The notes beneath the pieces were generated by a model that saw only the letters and a program-made list of their open reading frames with translations, did no database searches and was not told where the DNA came from. A stretch of DNA of 64,000 nt from Candidatus Omnitrophota bacterium (lineage in GTDB: Bacteria; Omnitrophota; Gorgyraeia; Pluralincolimonadales; Pluralincolimonadaceae): positions 68,236-132,235 of the forward strand of contig JAQUPL010000004.1 in assembly GCA_028716565.1 (NCBI GenBank), given 5' to 3'. Made by a program: the position numbers and the translations under genes. Shown here one piece after another: positions 26,352 through 36,001 of the stretch (positions within the stretch are counted from its first letter, which is position 1; each line of letters opens with the position of its first letter).

Positions 26352-27638
26352 ATGAAAAGAACGATTAAAGTCTGTTTAATAAGCCCGCCTCAAATCAACA
26401 GTTTGGATGACAAGATAGATCCGCCTTTAGGGCTGTTGTACGTTGCCGCCTCGATAAGGGATATGGGCATCGAGGTAAGGGTCGCTGATCTGGCTTCACG
26501 GCCCTATGCGCAATGGGAAAAATTGATCGGTAAGGCGGATGTATACGGCATAGAAATTTATACCTGCAATTACCCCATTTCAAAACAAATAAAGAAGATC
26601 TGTAAAAAACTAAATCCTAAATCGAGGGTCGTAGCCGGCGGAGCCCACCCCACGGCCCTGCCTGAACAGTCATTAAGAGATTTTGATATCGTCATAAAAG
26701 GAGAGGCGGACCTGAGTATAAAGGAATGCCTGAAGGATATTATGGAAGGAAAACAAAAGGCCGTTTATGACTTTAACATACCGCAGGACCTGGATGAATT
26801 ATCTTTCCCGGCCAGGGATCTAATTGATATAAAAAATTACCATAGGATCGTTGGGGGCAAGTTAGCGACTTCCATAATAACTTCTAGGGGATGCCCTTAC
26901 AAATGCGCTTTCTGCAATAGTCCCATGACCTTTAAAAAGATGAGATACCGCTCCAATCGATCGGTCGTAGACGAGATAAAACTTATCATAAAACAATACG
27001 GTATCAGGAATTTTATCATTTATGACGATATTTTCACGTTAAATAGGACGCGGCTTTATCCTCTATTGGATGAGTTTAAAAAATTACGGATAAAATTCCG
27101 GTGCAACGGGAGGGCAGACCGGAATAATTACGAAGATTTCGTGAGATTAAAAGAAGCGGGATGCACGACTATCGCATTTGGGGCGGAATCCGGCAGCCAG
27201 GACCTTTTGGACAGGATAAACAAAAAATGCACGGTGAAACAGAACATTAAAGCTATAAAAGGTGCCAAAAGAGCCGGATTAATAACGAAAGTTTACCTTA
27301 TAGTGGGTATACCCGGGGAAAATAAGGATACCATCCAAGAAACAAAGAGATTTATGGAAACGGCTGATCCCGATGAATATACCCTTTTTACTTTTATCCC
27401 CCTCCCGGGCAGCGATACCTGGGAACATAAAAAGAAATACGGGATCAGGCGCATCGTTAAGGTCTATAGTGAATTTTATAACATAGCCGGCCAGGGAGAA
27501 GGGGGTTTGGTCACTGAAACCGATTCCTACAATCTGGAAGAGCTTATGGAAATGAGGGAAGACCTGAAGGGTTTTCTGACCAAAAGGGGGTGGAGAGGCG
27601 ACATCCAGGAGTATTTCAAAAGGATAAAGTGGCGGTGA
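26352..27638 (+). CDS. B12-binding-domain radical SAM enzyme
   Basis: It has an N-terminal cobalamin-binding-like Rossmann domain and the CxxxCxxC motif SRGCPYKCAFCNS. It is 428 aa. Confidence 0.85.
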   Translation: MKRTIKVCLISPPQINSLDDKIDPPLGLLYVAASIRDMGIEVRVADLASRPYAQWEKLIGKADVYGIEIYTCNYPISKQIKKICKKLNPKSRVVAGGAHPTALPEQSLRDFDIVIKGEADLSIKECLKDIMEGKQKAVYDFNIPQDLDELSFPARDLIDIKNYHRIVGGKLATSIITSRGCPYKCAFCNSPMTFKKMRYRSNRSVVDEIKLIIKQYGIRNFIIYDDIFTLNRTRLYPLLDEFKKLRIKFRCNGRADRNNYEDFVRLKEAGCTTIAFGAESGSQDLLDRINKKCTVKQNIKAIKGAKRAGLITKVYLIVGIPGENKDTIQETKRFMETADPDEYTLFTFIPLPGSDTWEHKKKYGIRRIVKVYSEFYNIAGQGEGGLVTETDSYNLEELMEMREDLKGFLTKRGWRGDIQEYFKRIKWR

Positions 27639-27662
27639 TCATCTAAATTCCGGACGATACCT

Positions 27663-29849
27663 TCATTTTGTGCTTAAATCCTTTATGATCTGCGCTAATT
27701 TTCCCGCGTTTCCCTTTAAAGAATATCTTTCAATGACCGTCCTCCTCCCCTCAAAAGAAAATCTTTCTCTTAAATTATCATCCGTGATCAACGCCTCCAA
27801 TTTTTCGACCCATTCTTTCTCATCCGACGCCAAAAATCCGTTCTCTCCGTCCCTGATGATATGCCTATTTTCGCCGACCGCGCTGCCTATCGCCGGTATC
27901 CCAAGGCTCATATACAGAAGAAGTTTCAAGCCGCATTTACCCCTTTCGGCCTCCCCGTCGTAAAGGGGCATAATGCCGATATCAAATTTAGAGATGGCCC
28001 TCATCTCATCATCCAGGTCCCACGGTTGATATGTAATCTTGACGTTTTCGAATCCCGGAAGATTCCCCGCTTCGCTTTCCGGACCGATTATCTTTAGCTC
28101 GATATCGAATTTCTTGCCTAGTATCGAAAGAGGTTTCCGCAATAAACTCAGATATTTCAAATTTGAACCCGTTCCGCACCAGCCGATACGAAAGCCGTTC
28201 TTATCCTTTCCCGAATCCTGACCCGGCTTCCATTTATCGGTATCGATCGAGGTGGGGATCAAAAATACGTTTTTATTTAACTTCAAAGCATAATCCCTTA
28301 AATGATGGCTGCCGGCGATAACCATATCGCTAATCTCTATTATAGTTCTCGCCGGGTATTCAGGAGGGTTTAAATAGATCGCGTCGTCAAAATGAAATAT
28401 TATTCTTCTCTTCAGGGTTCTTTTCGCAAAAAGATAGAGTCGGAATACCGCCCTATCGAAAAAACCTCTCCAAGGGATGCCGCGCTGGATGAATATTATG
28501 TCGCCCTTATTGCTGGTTAATATCACAAGGGACTTTTTAAGCAGGTTTTTAATAAGTAAATATTTTTCTCTGGCGTAATTAAGGGGTTTGCCGTAGGGGA
28601 AAACAGAGTGAGAAATGCAGGTCCTTATGCCTTCCCTGGTTAACGCCTCCGCTAAATAATAACAGTTATACCTGCTCGCGGGATTAGCCGTATTCCCTTC
28701 CGGGAAAAATATGATCTTATATTCAGTTTTGACCTTAAGTTTTTTGGCGACATAAAGATCGTAGAGTTCTTCTATTTTATTAATCATGATCCCGGCGCTG
28801 AATTTCTCGCGATATAACTTCTCGCTCTCCTCCGCCATTTTTTTCGCCCTAGGCGGGTCCTTCAACAGGGCAATGATCGCTTTTGCCATGGCACCGGGGT
28901 CTTTCGGAGGGATTAAAACCCCGTTTATCCCGTCAGAAACCGCTTCGACATTTCCGCCTATTTTGGTTGCGATTACAGGCAATCCGAATCCCATCGCCTC
29001 CGTTAAAGCGCTTGAAAAACCTTCCCTTTCCGCCGATGCCAAAACGAAGATATCCATAATCGATAAGGCGTCTTGCGGATCCATTAAAAAGCCCGTAAAT
29101 ACCACTTTATCCTTAATTTGAAGCGTATCCGCTAAACTTTCCAATTCCCGCCTCTGCACGCCGTCCCCGACGATCAAAAATTTTACATCATCAACCGCAT
29201 TAACTACTGTGGCGGCTGCCCTGATCAAATGCTCTACCCCCTTGACCGGCTCGAGCCTCGCTACCGTACCTATGACTTTGTCGCCTTCTTTTATGCCCCA
29301 TCCGGACCTTAGCGTAACTTCCGGATGAGAAGGAGGTTTTATCCTTCCGCCGTTACGGATCACGGTTATCTTCCCGGGATCTATCCTTTCCGTCCGTACT
29401 ACAAACTCCCTTACCGCATCGGAGACGCAGATTATCTTGTCCGAAAATAAGGAAAGTACCCGTTCCGTCAACCGATGCTTAAATTTAAGGTCGTAATAAG
29501 TGCTCGAGATCTTCGTGAAGATTATCGGCACCCGGGCGATAACGGCTGCCAAACGGGCAAATGTGCTCGCGAAATAGCCGTGGGTATGGAGGATATCCAC
29601 CCTGTCTTTCCGCATTAAACCGGCAAGTTTTAAAATATTTACCGGGTTATGATAGGTCCTTAAATTCAAGACCCTGACGTCGCAGCCGTTCCTGATCAGC
29701 TCATCCGCAATCGCCCCGCCTTCAGCGAGGCAATAGACCTTGACATCATATTTATCTTTATTTAAGCCCTGCGCAACGGTCGAAACCATCTTTTCGATGC
29801 CGCCGATGCGCAAATTTTCCACCGCCTGGACTACTGTTATCTTATTCAT
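27663..29849 (-). CDS. Two-domain glycosyltransferase: an N-terminal GT4 GT-B unit plus a second C-terminal GT-B-like unit
   Basis: It is 728 aa. The N-terminal half has GT4 motifs, and the C-terminal 350 aa again show GT1/GT4-like features (GWCGTGSNLKYL...). Confidence 0.7.
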   Translation of the reverse strand: MNKITVVQAVENLRIGGIEKMVSTVAQGLNKDKYDVKVYCLAEGGAIADELIRNGCDVRVLNLRTYHNPVNILKLAGLMRKDRVDILHTHGYFASTFARLAAVIARVPIIFTKISSTYYDLKFKHRLTERVLSLFSDKIICVSDAVREFVVRTERIDPGKITVIRNGGRIKPPSHPEVTLRSGWGIKEGDKVIGTVARLEPVKGVEHLIRAAATVVNAVDDVKFLIVGDGVQRRELESLADTLQIKDKVVFTGFLMDPQDALSIMDIFVLASAEREGFSSALTEAMGFGLPVIATKIGGNVEAVSDGINGVLIPPKDPGAMAKAIIALLKDPPRAKKMAEESEKLYREKFSAGIMINKIEELYDLYVAKKLKVKTEYKIIFFPEGNTANPASRYNCYYLAEALTREGIRTCISHSVFPYGKPLNYAREKYLLIKNLLKKSLVILTSNKGDIIFIQRGIPWRGFFDRAVFRLYLFAKRTLKRRIIFHFDDAIYLNPPEYPARTIIEISDMVIAGSHHLRDYALKLNKNVFLIPTSIDTDKWKPGQDSGKDKNGFRIGWCGTGSNLKYLSLLRKPLSILGKKFDIELKIIGPESEAGNLPGFENVKITYQPWDLDDEMRAISKFDIGIMPLYDGEAERGKCGLKLLLYMSLGIPAIGSAVGENRHIIRDGENGFLASDEKEWVEKLEALITDDNLRERFSFEGRRTVIERYSLKGNAGKLAQIIKDLSTK

Positions 29850-30901
29850 GTTTTCAAATACGAGAAAATTTCTTTCATCCTGTGGGTATAAGTATGTTTT
29901 TCCAGCACTTTTTTATGGCCGCTCTCCGAGATTTTCCTGCGTTCCTCGGGGTGGGTTAAATAATACTTGGCCAGGTCCCTTAATTCATCGCCGTCCTTAA
30001 AACAAACCAGGTCCTCCCCATCGGAAAATAAGGTTAAAATGTCTTTTTTCCTGTCCACTAATTGGAACGTCCCGCAGGCGAGGATCTCGAATGTCCGGGC
30101 GTTTGTCATCTGAATTTTATCGCTGCCGATTTTTTCTCCGTATTCGCCGAAATGGCCGATAGAATTTAAGGCGATCTTCGCGCTATTATATAATTTTACC
30201 CAATCGCCGGGAAGCAAGGGGCCGCCTCTCATGCATCTTCTTAGGCCGGACGATACCCCGGCTTCCTGGCGGCGTTTATCCCAGGTCCAGATACCAAACT
30301 GAAGATCTGCCAGGTTCCCGAAGAGGATTATCCTCTCCGGATATAAAGAGCCGATAAATACTATATCATCATTAAACCTGGCCTTATCCTTTTCATCCAA
30401 TACCAGGGGTTTATGGATATCAGGCTCGCAAGCGAGCGGAAGCCATTTAACATGCGTAATTCCGTTTTCCAGATATTTTTCCAGAGCGTCTGTCCCGTTT
30501 ACAAAAAAATAATCATACGCCTTAGCAACTTTTAAGCCGTAATCTAGTTCTTTAGGATAATCTACAAACCAATTAACTGCGATCAAACCTAAATTTTTCT
30601 TAATTTCAATGATCGTCTGCGGCAGTATGGTCTGCCCCTGGACAACGAATAGCATATCAGGCTTGAAGGACTTGGCTTGTTCATGGAGAAGCTTATTGAT
30701 CCTATGCATGTCCCAGTCGTGTAAAGCCGGGAGCCTCTTCCTGATCTCAAAAGGCAAAAGGTAGTCCCTGAAGTCAAAGACCTGCACGCAATGGCCCAAC
30801 TTCTTAAGAGCGAGTTCAATATATCCGCCATTCTCTATAAACCGTTTATTGGAAGAGGCGCATAACAATATCTTCATTATGGTATCTTTCTTGCGCAACA
30901 A
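29846..30901 (-). CDS. CgeB-family or DUF3880-like glycosyltransferase-related protein, paralog A
   Basis: It starts MKILLCASSN. It is about 40-45% identical at the protein level to 31833..32858, and the two 3' ends also match at the nucleotide level. Confidence 0.55.
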   Translation of the reverse strand: MLRKKDTIMKILLCASSNKRFIENGGYIELALKKLGHCVQVFDFRDYLLPFEIRKRLPALHDWDMHRINKLLHEQAKSFKPDMLFVVQGQTILPQTIIEIKKNLGLIAVNWFVDYPKELDYGLKVAKAYDYFFVNGTDALEKYLENGITHVKWLPLACEPDIHKPLVLDEKDKARFNDDIVFIGSLYPERIILFGNLADLQFGIWTWDKRRQEAGVSSGLRRCMRGGPLLPGDWVKLYNSAKIALNSIGHFGEYGEKIGSDKIQMTNARTFEILACGTFQLVDRKKDILTLFSDGEDLVCFKDGDELRDLAKYYLTHPEERRKISESGHKKVLEKHTYTHRMKEIFSYLKT

Positions 30902-31854
30902 ACTATCACATCGCCCATGCCAAGGCTTGCCCCGGCTCCCCCAACGGCCTTAAACAATATCCGCTCGATGGAACGCATCAAGTACATCGGCAATTCAAGG
31001 ATCAAAGGCCGCGCTGAAACCCCATTAAGGGTCTTTTCCTTTGCGATATGGCGCTGTTTTTGGGTATCAGAAAAAGGGTAGAGCCTCAAATCTCTCAATA
31101 AATACCTAAGGCTTTCCCCGTAAAGCCAGACAGAGGCCCCTTCTTGAAATGTGTCGATTGAAATTATCCTGTAACCCGCCCTTTCTAATAAAGACCTCAG
31201 CGAGCGCGGGGTAAATTGGGAGATATGGAATATGCCGGCTACCGCCAAATAATATCTGCCGAATATCTTCCTTTGGAAGCCTTCGAAATTAGGAACGGTG
31301 ATGACAATGATCCCGTCCTGCTTCAATACTCTATGAATATGGATCAAGGTCTGATACGGCAATAACAGGTGTTCCAGAACATGGCGCAAATTCACGGCAT
31401 CGAAGGACCCGTCGGGGAGCTTTGTCTCCTGAAGCGTGCCACAAAAGATATCAAGCCCAAACTTTTCTTTTGCGTGTGCCGCCATTTCATTATTTAACTC
31501 AACTCCGAAAGCGGACCATCCGGACTGTTTCATCCTGTTAAGGAAAAAGCCCCTGCCGCAGCCTATGTCCAAAATATTTCCCTTATCTTTAATGGATAAA
31601 ATTTTCTTCACCTGGGGTGAATATGATCCGTCGTCTATTTCGCTAAAAAGCTGGTTTTGGACGTAAGATCCCAGCTTCTCCCGGCTTGGCAAGGGGTTGA
31701 TAAACACGAGTCCGCAACTTTTACACTTTATAAGCTGCAGATTATCTTTAAAGTTGCGGCTTCCGTCCAAGAAATTACATATAAAATCAAAATTTTTGTT
31801 TCCGCAACCTATGCAATCTGCATATCCTGATGTCATATTTTCTGCTCCAAACAA
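30877..31854 (-). CDS. Class I SAM-dependent methyltransferase with an N-terminal zinc ribbon
   Basis: CIGCGNKNF...CKSCG forms the zinc ribbon and ILDIGCGRGFF is MT motif I. Its architecture matches the 20520..21356 gene. Confidence 0.7.
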   Translation of the reverse strand: MFGAENMTSGYADCIGCGNKNFDFICNFLDGSRNFKDNLQLIKCKSCGLVFINPLPSREKLGSYVQNQLFSEIDDGSYSPQVKKILSIKDKGNILDIGCGRGFFLNRMKQSGWSAFGVELNNEMAAHAKEKFGLDIFCGTLQETKLPDGSFDAVNLRHVLEHLLLPYQTLIHIHRVLKQDGIIVITVPNFEGFQRKIFGRYYLAVAGIFHISQFTPRSLRSLLERAGYRIISIDTFQEGASVWLYGESLRYLLRDLRLYPFSDTQKQRHIAKEKTLNGVSARPLILELPMYLMRSIERILFKAVGGAGASLGMGDVIVCCARKIP

Positions 31855-32858
31855 GAAAAGACCTCTTTCATCCTATGGATATAGGTATGTCTTTCTAATA
31901 CTTTTCGATGACCATTTTCAGAGATCCTTTTGCGTTCCTCAGGGCGGGCTAAATAATACTTAACCAATTCCTTGAGTTCATCATTATCTTTATAGCAGGC
32001 TAAATCCTCTCCATCGGAGAATAAAAAAGAGGAGATATCTTTTTTATAATCGACTATTTGAAATGCCTTACAACCAAGCGCTTCAAAAAAGCGCATATTA
32101 ACTATATTATTCCCCGTAAGATAGGGAGGCATATTATATTGTCCGATATGATTAAATGTGATCTTTGACGCATTAAAAATTTTAACCCATTCCGAAGGAA
32201 TAACAGCATCTCCTCTGACAAATCTCTTTAATGAAGACCTGTCTTGCAAATTCTTCCAACCCGGTCCCCAGATCGCCAGGTTAAAATCAACTAAATTTTC
32301 AAGCTGTTTGATCCTGTATCCGTACATACTGCCCACAAATACGATATCCGCCGCGTAAGTTTTTTGCTCCTCTTTTGTTAAATTAAAAGGGCGATGGATC
32401 TGAGGGTCGCAGGCAAAAGGAAGGCATTTCACGTTCTTATTTCCAATGTTTAAATGATATTGGACAGCATACGAGTCGGTCATAAAGAAATGGTCAAAGG
32501 CAGGCGCTAATGTCAAAGAAACTTCGAAATCCTTCGGAAAATCCTGGAACCAGTTTATCGTCGTCGGCCCAAATCTTCGTTTAATCGTTGATATCGTTTC
32601 CGGAAAAAGTGTATGCCCCTGAATTACAAATAAAATATCAGGCCTATATTCAGACGCCTTTCTGATCAAACTACGATTTAACCTGTTTAAATCCCATTTA
32701 TTAAGAAAGGGGGTTCGATATCTTATGACACCAGGCACAATAAATCGACGAAAATCGAACTTCTCGCATCGATGCCCTAATGCATTTAGCGCCCTCTCCA
32801 CGTATCCTCCCAATTCGATAAAGCGGGGATTACTGGAAGCGCAAAGTAATATCTTCAT
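31833..32858 (-). CDS. CgeB-family or DUF3880-like glycosyltransferase-related protein, paralog B
   Basis: It starts MKILLCASSNPRFIELGGY and is colinearly similar to 29846..30901. Confidence 0.55.
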   Translation of the reverse strand: MKILLCASSNPRFIELGGYVERALNALGHRCEKFDFRRFIVPGVIRYRTPFLNKWDLNRLNRSLIRKASEYRPDILFVIQGHTLFPETISTIKRRFGPTTINWFQDFPKDFEVSLTLAPAFDHFFMTDSYAVQYHLNIGNKNVKCLPFACDPQIHRPFNLTKEEQKTYAADIVFVGSMYGYRIKQLENLVDFNLAIWGPGWKNLQDRSSLKRFVRGDAVIPSEWVKIFNASKITFNHIGQYNMPPYLTGNNIVNMRFFEALGCKAFQIVDYKKDISSFLFSDGEDLACYKDNDELKELVKYYLARPEERKRISENGHRKVLERHTYIHRMKEVFSCLEQKI

Positions 32859-32865
32859 AGATTAA

Positions 32866-33693
32866 TCACTTTTTGTTTCCTAGCAGCAATTTCATGGTCC
32901 TTATAAAGGGGCCTGCCCCGTAATCATTCATACCGATCCAGCGGCCGATCCCGCCTTTTACCGCCATCAAGATCAGATTCAAGCAGTTTAAGAAATTGGA
33001 TGTATACCATAATCCGCAAGTTGTACATATTACTTTTTCTCTCCGGTGTTTCTTCAGGATCTTATTAAGAGTCGTATAGTATTCGTTATCGAGGGATCCG
33101 CTGGACAGGTGCCACACCGGCAAAGGCAGGACATAGGCCTTCAGGCCCGCCTTTTTTACCGATAAAGAATAGTCCACGCCGTATAGATGCCAGCCGCCGC
33201 AGGTCTTTTCGTCAAATTTAATGCCGGCAAAAACACTTCTTGGAACTATCAGTAGTTGTTCATCCAAGGTCTGCGCCTCTGCGGGCCCGCCAAAAGCATC
33301 TCCGTACACTTTTGGCTTCTTTTCAGGCCCCTGGTATACAAAACAAACCCGATTTTCAACGGGGATTGTGCCCACCTTAAAAGCGGCTGCGGTATTCGCT
33401 TTTCTCATACCGGCAATGCCGGCAACTCCCAGATCCGGGATTTCCTTCAAGAAAGACTCCGCCTTCTCCAGCCATTCCCCGGACATAAGGCAGACGTCCT
33501 GGTGCATAAAGATTATATAATCCCCGTTCGCGTTTCTGCCGCCGCGGTTAAGCCCTTCGGCAGCCGATTTGATCGTACCGGAGGTATTATCCACTTTTAT
33601 CAGCTCAAAGCTCGAGGTTTGCTCTTTCAGGCCCCTGAGCAGATAATCGCTGAGGATCTTTTCATTATTATACGCGCAGACTATGGAAAACAT
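32866..33693 (-). CDS. GT2-like glycosyltransferase
   Basis: It has the MFSIVCAYNNEKIL N-terminal motif and a DxD-like HQD. It is 275 aa. Confidence 0.55.
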   Translation of the reverse strand: MFSIVCAYNNEKILSDYLLRGLKEQTSSFELIKVDNTSGTIKSAAEGLNRGGRNANGDYIIFMHQDVCLMSGEWLEKAESFLKEIPDLGVAGIAGMRKANTAAAFKVGTIPVENRVCFVYQGPEKKPKVYGDAFGGPAEAQTLDEQLLIVPRSVFAGIKFDEKTCGGWHLYGVDYSLSVKKAGLKAYVLPLPVWHLSSGSLDNEYYTTLNKILKKHRREKVICTTCGLWYTSNFLNCLNLILMAVKGGIGRWIGMNDYGAGPFIRTMKLLLGNKK

Positions 33694-34847
33694 TAATTAA
33701 CATCTTTTTTACTAAGGGACGACTCATATAAGCCTTCAACCTTCCTTACCAAGACGCTTGAACTGAATTCTTCAAGGCATCTTTCCCTGCCCCTCCTGCC
33801 CATCTCCAGGGCTTTATTCCTGTCGGACAAAAGAGAGACTATCGCTTTGGCAAGCTCGGCGCTATTCCTTGGCGGCACCAAAATTCCCGTCTCGCCTTCA
33901 ATAACGGCCTCCGGGATACCGTCGATCCCGGTCGCTACAACGGGTTTAGCCATATACATCGCCTCTAAAATTGCAACCGGCAAACCTTCCGATAAAGACG
34001 GTAAGATGAATATATCCATTAAACCCAATATCTCCTCTATGTTTAAACGAACATCCAGGAAGATGACTTTGGTTAAGACGCCGAGCGCCTTTGCTTGTTC
34101 GATAAGTTCCTCTTTTAACGGCAAGAACCTGCCTATCAATATAATTTTTATATTAGGAAATAAGGATACGATTTTAGGGATGGCGTCGATCAGATATCGA
34201 TGTCCTTTGTCCGGGCCAAAATTCGCTATACAACCCATGACAATCTCATCGCTACCTAAACCCAATTCCTTGCGCAAGTCATTTCCATCCTTGCCGTACC
34301 GGGGATGGAATCTCTCTTCGTCTACGCAGTTCTGGATCGTTGACACCTTTGCCCTGTTAACATTGCAACTTGAAATAAATTGCTCCGTTAGAAATTTGGA
34401 GCACACGATATATTTATCGACAAAAAACTTGGAAATAATCATGTATCGCCATTTATATTTTTGGAACCACGTGAGATAGCTTTCCCCGGATATATGCGAC
34501 ATAACGACCGGGACTCCCGCCAATTTCGCCGCCATAGCCCCCAATATATCCACGTCAAATTGGAAGGTGTGGACGATCTTGATCTTGTTTTTTTTAAGGA
34601 GCATGGAGATCTTTATGATCGCCTTGAGCCTGTCCCATCTCGAAATTTTAATCCTATTCGGGCCTACGCATAAGACTTCTATCCCCTCTTTCTTCAGCAG
34701 ATCCTCCAACGCGCCGCTCTGAAAAAAGTAAGCTACAATGGGGTTGAATCTCTCTTTATTTAACCCCTTGGCCAGCATATACAATGTCCATTCTGCCCCG
34801 CCCACATCAAGGGTCGGCGTAAAATATAAGACATTTATTTTAGCCAT
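33693..34847 (-). CDS. GT4-family glycosyltransferase
   Basis: The likely start is MAKINVLYFTPTLDVGGAEW. The tracked ORF begins 15 codons earlier, at 34892. It has a C-terminal GT-B domain. Confidence 0.8.
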   Translation of the reverse strand: MAKINVLYFTPTLDVGGAEWTLYMLAKGLNKERFNPIVAYFFQSGALEDLLKKEGIEVLCVGPNRIKISRWDRLKAIIKISMLLKKNKIKIVHTFQFDVDILGAMAAKLAGVPVVMSHISGESYLTWFQKYKWRYMIISKFFVDKYIVCSKFLTEQFISSCNVNRAKVSTIQNCVDEERFHPRYGKDGNDLRKELGLGSDEIVMGCIANFGPDKGHRYLIDAIPKIVSLFPNIKIILIGRFLPLKEELIEQAKALGVLTKVIFLDVRLNIEEILGLMDIFILPSLSEGLPVAILEAMYMAKPVVATGIDGIPEAVIEGETGILVPPRNSAELAKAIVSLLSDRNKALEMGRRGRERCLEEFSSSVLVRKVEGLYESSLSKKDVN

Positions 34848-34860
34848 ATTTGCCCTGTCG

Positions 34861-35922
34861 TTATGTTTTAAACCACCGGCGCATGTACTCATCGGTTGCC
34901 GTCTTTTTCCTTTGGATGATCCGCCGCTTTTTTATAACCGACGGAAGCAGCCTTATTATGCCAAGCCAGCTCTTAAGCAGATATCCTTCAGCAAATGCGG
35001 TTTTAGACCTGTAGTAATCATAAGTACAAACCTGGCGAAAATCTTTAACTATATTAAATAAAGAATCGTTCTTAAAAACCATCAGGTGCCAATTCCGATA
35101 ATCAAAACAGCGTCCCAAGTGCTCTTGGAGGCTGCTTCCGCCGCGAACATGGTAGCTGACTGCTCGGGGCGTATAATAAGCTTTCCAGCCCCGAAGCTGA
35201 GCTCGCCATCCTAAATCCACATCTTCATAATATAAAAAAAATGATTCATCAAGATATTCCCCGTCTATTGAAATATCCTCCAGCATCAGCATTTTATATA
35301 GTCCGCAGGCGGCGCAGACGCCGAATACATATCCGCAAGTATCATATTGCCCTTTATCCTCTTCGTCCCCTCCCCTGTCGGAAAAACGCCTATACCTGCT
35401 ACCCGTATGGCCTGTCGAATCTATCACCTTTTTGCCGCTTTCAGGCGCCTGCTTTAATATCTTACCCGTTACCAGGCCTATTCTTTCGTCTGACTTAGCG
35501 GCTTTTACTACTTCCCGCAAAAAATCCGGTTCCATAATTGCATCCGTATTCAATAATAATATGAATTCTCCTTTTGAGCATTTGATCCCCTGGTTGTTGG
35601 CTTTGCTGAATCCGGCGTTTGCAGAATTGCGGATCAGCCGGATCCGGGGTGAATAACTTTCGATCAACCGGTCGGAACCATCCGTTGAGCCGTTATCTAC
35701 CACTATAACTTCGAAGTCCCTATAGGTCTGCTTAAATACGGCTTCGAGGCATTGAATTATATATTTTTTGCCGTTCCAGTTGACGATAACTATAGAAACC
35801 AGGTCTTTTTGCATAAGTATCATGGGCTTAATGCAGGTTTGCTCTTTAGTGCCGGATGGGGCATTGTTTTCGTTAATATTTTTACTTCTCAGATTATACT
35901 TCTTCCTGCGTTCCAGCGTCAA
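34861..35922 (-). CDS. GT2-family glycosyltransferase
   Basis: It has VSIVIVNWNGKKYIIQCLEAVFKQTYRDFEVIVVDNGSTDGS. The true start is possibly the internal ATG at 35823 (MILMQKDL). Confidence 0.8.
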   Translation of the reverse strand: MTLERRKKYNLRSKNINENNAPSGTKEQTCIKPMILMQKDLVSIVIVNWNGKKYIIQCLEAVFKQTYRDFEVIVVDNGSTDGSDRLIESYSPRIRLIRNSANAGFSKANNQGIKCSKGEFILLLNTDAIMEPDFLREVVKAAKSDERIGLVTGKILKQAPESGKKVIDSTGHTGSRYRRFSDRGGDEEDKGQYDTCGYVFGVCAACGLYKMLMLEDISIDGEYLDESFFLYYEDVDLGWRAQLRGWKAYYTPRAVSYHVRGGSSLQEHLGRCFDYRNWHLMVFKNDSLFNIVKDFRQVCTYDYYRSKTAFAEGYLLKSWLGIIRLLPSVIKKRRIIQRKKTATDEYMRRWFKT

Positions 35923-36001
35923 TCTTTCTTTTCCTAAGCTTGTTGATGCCGATATAATATGATAAAATAGGCTATGTTCTTGTTAATGTCGGAAATTTAA
36001 T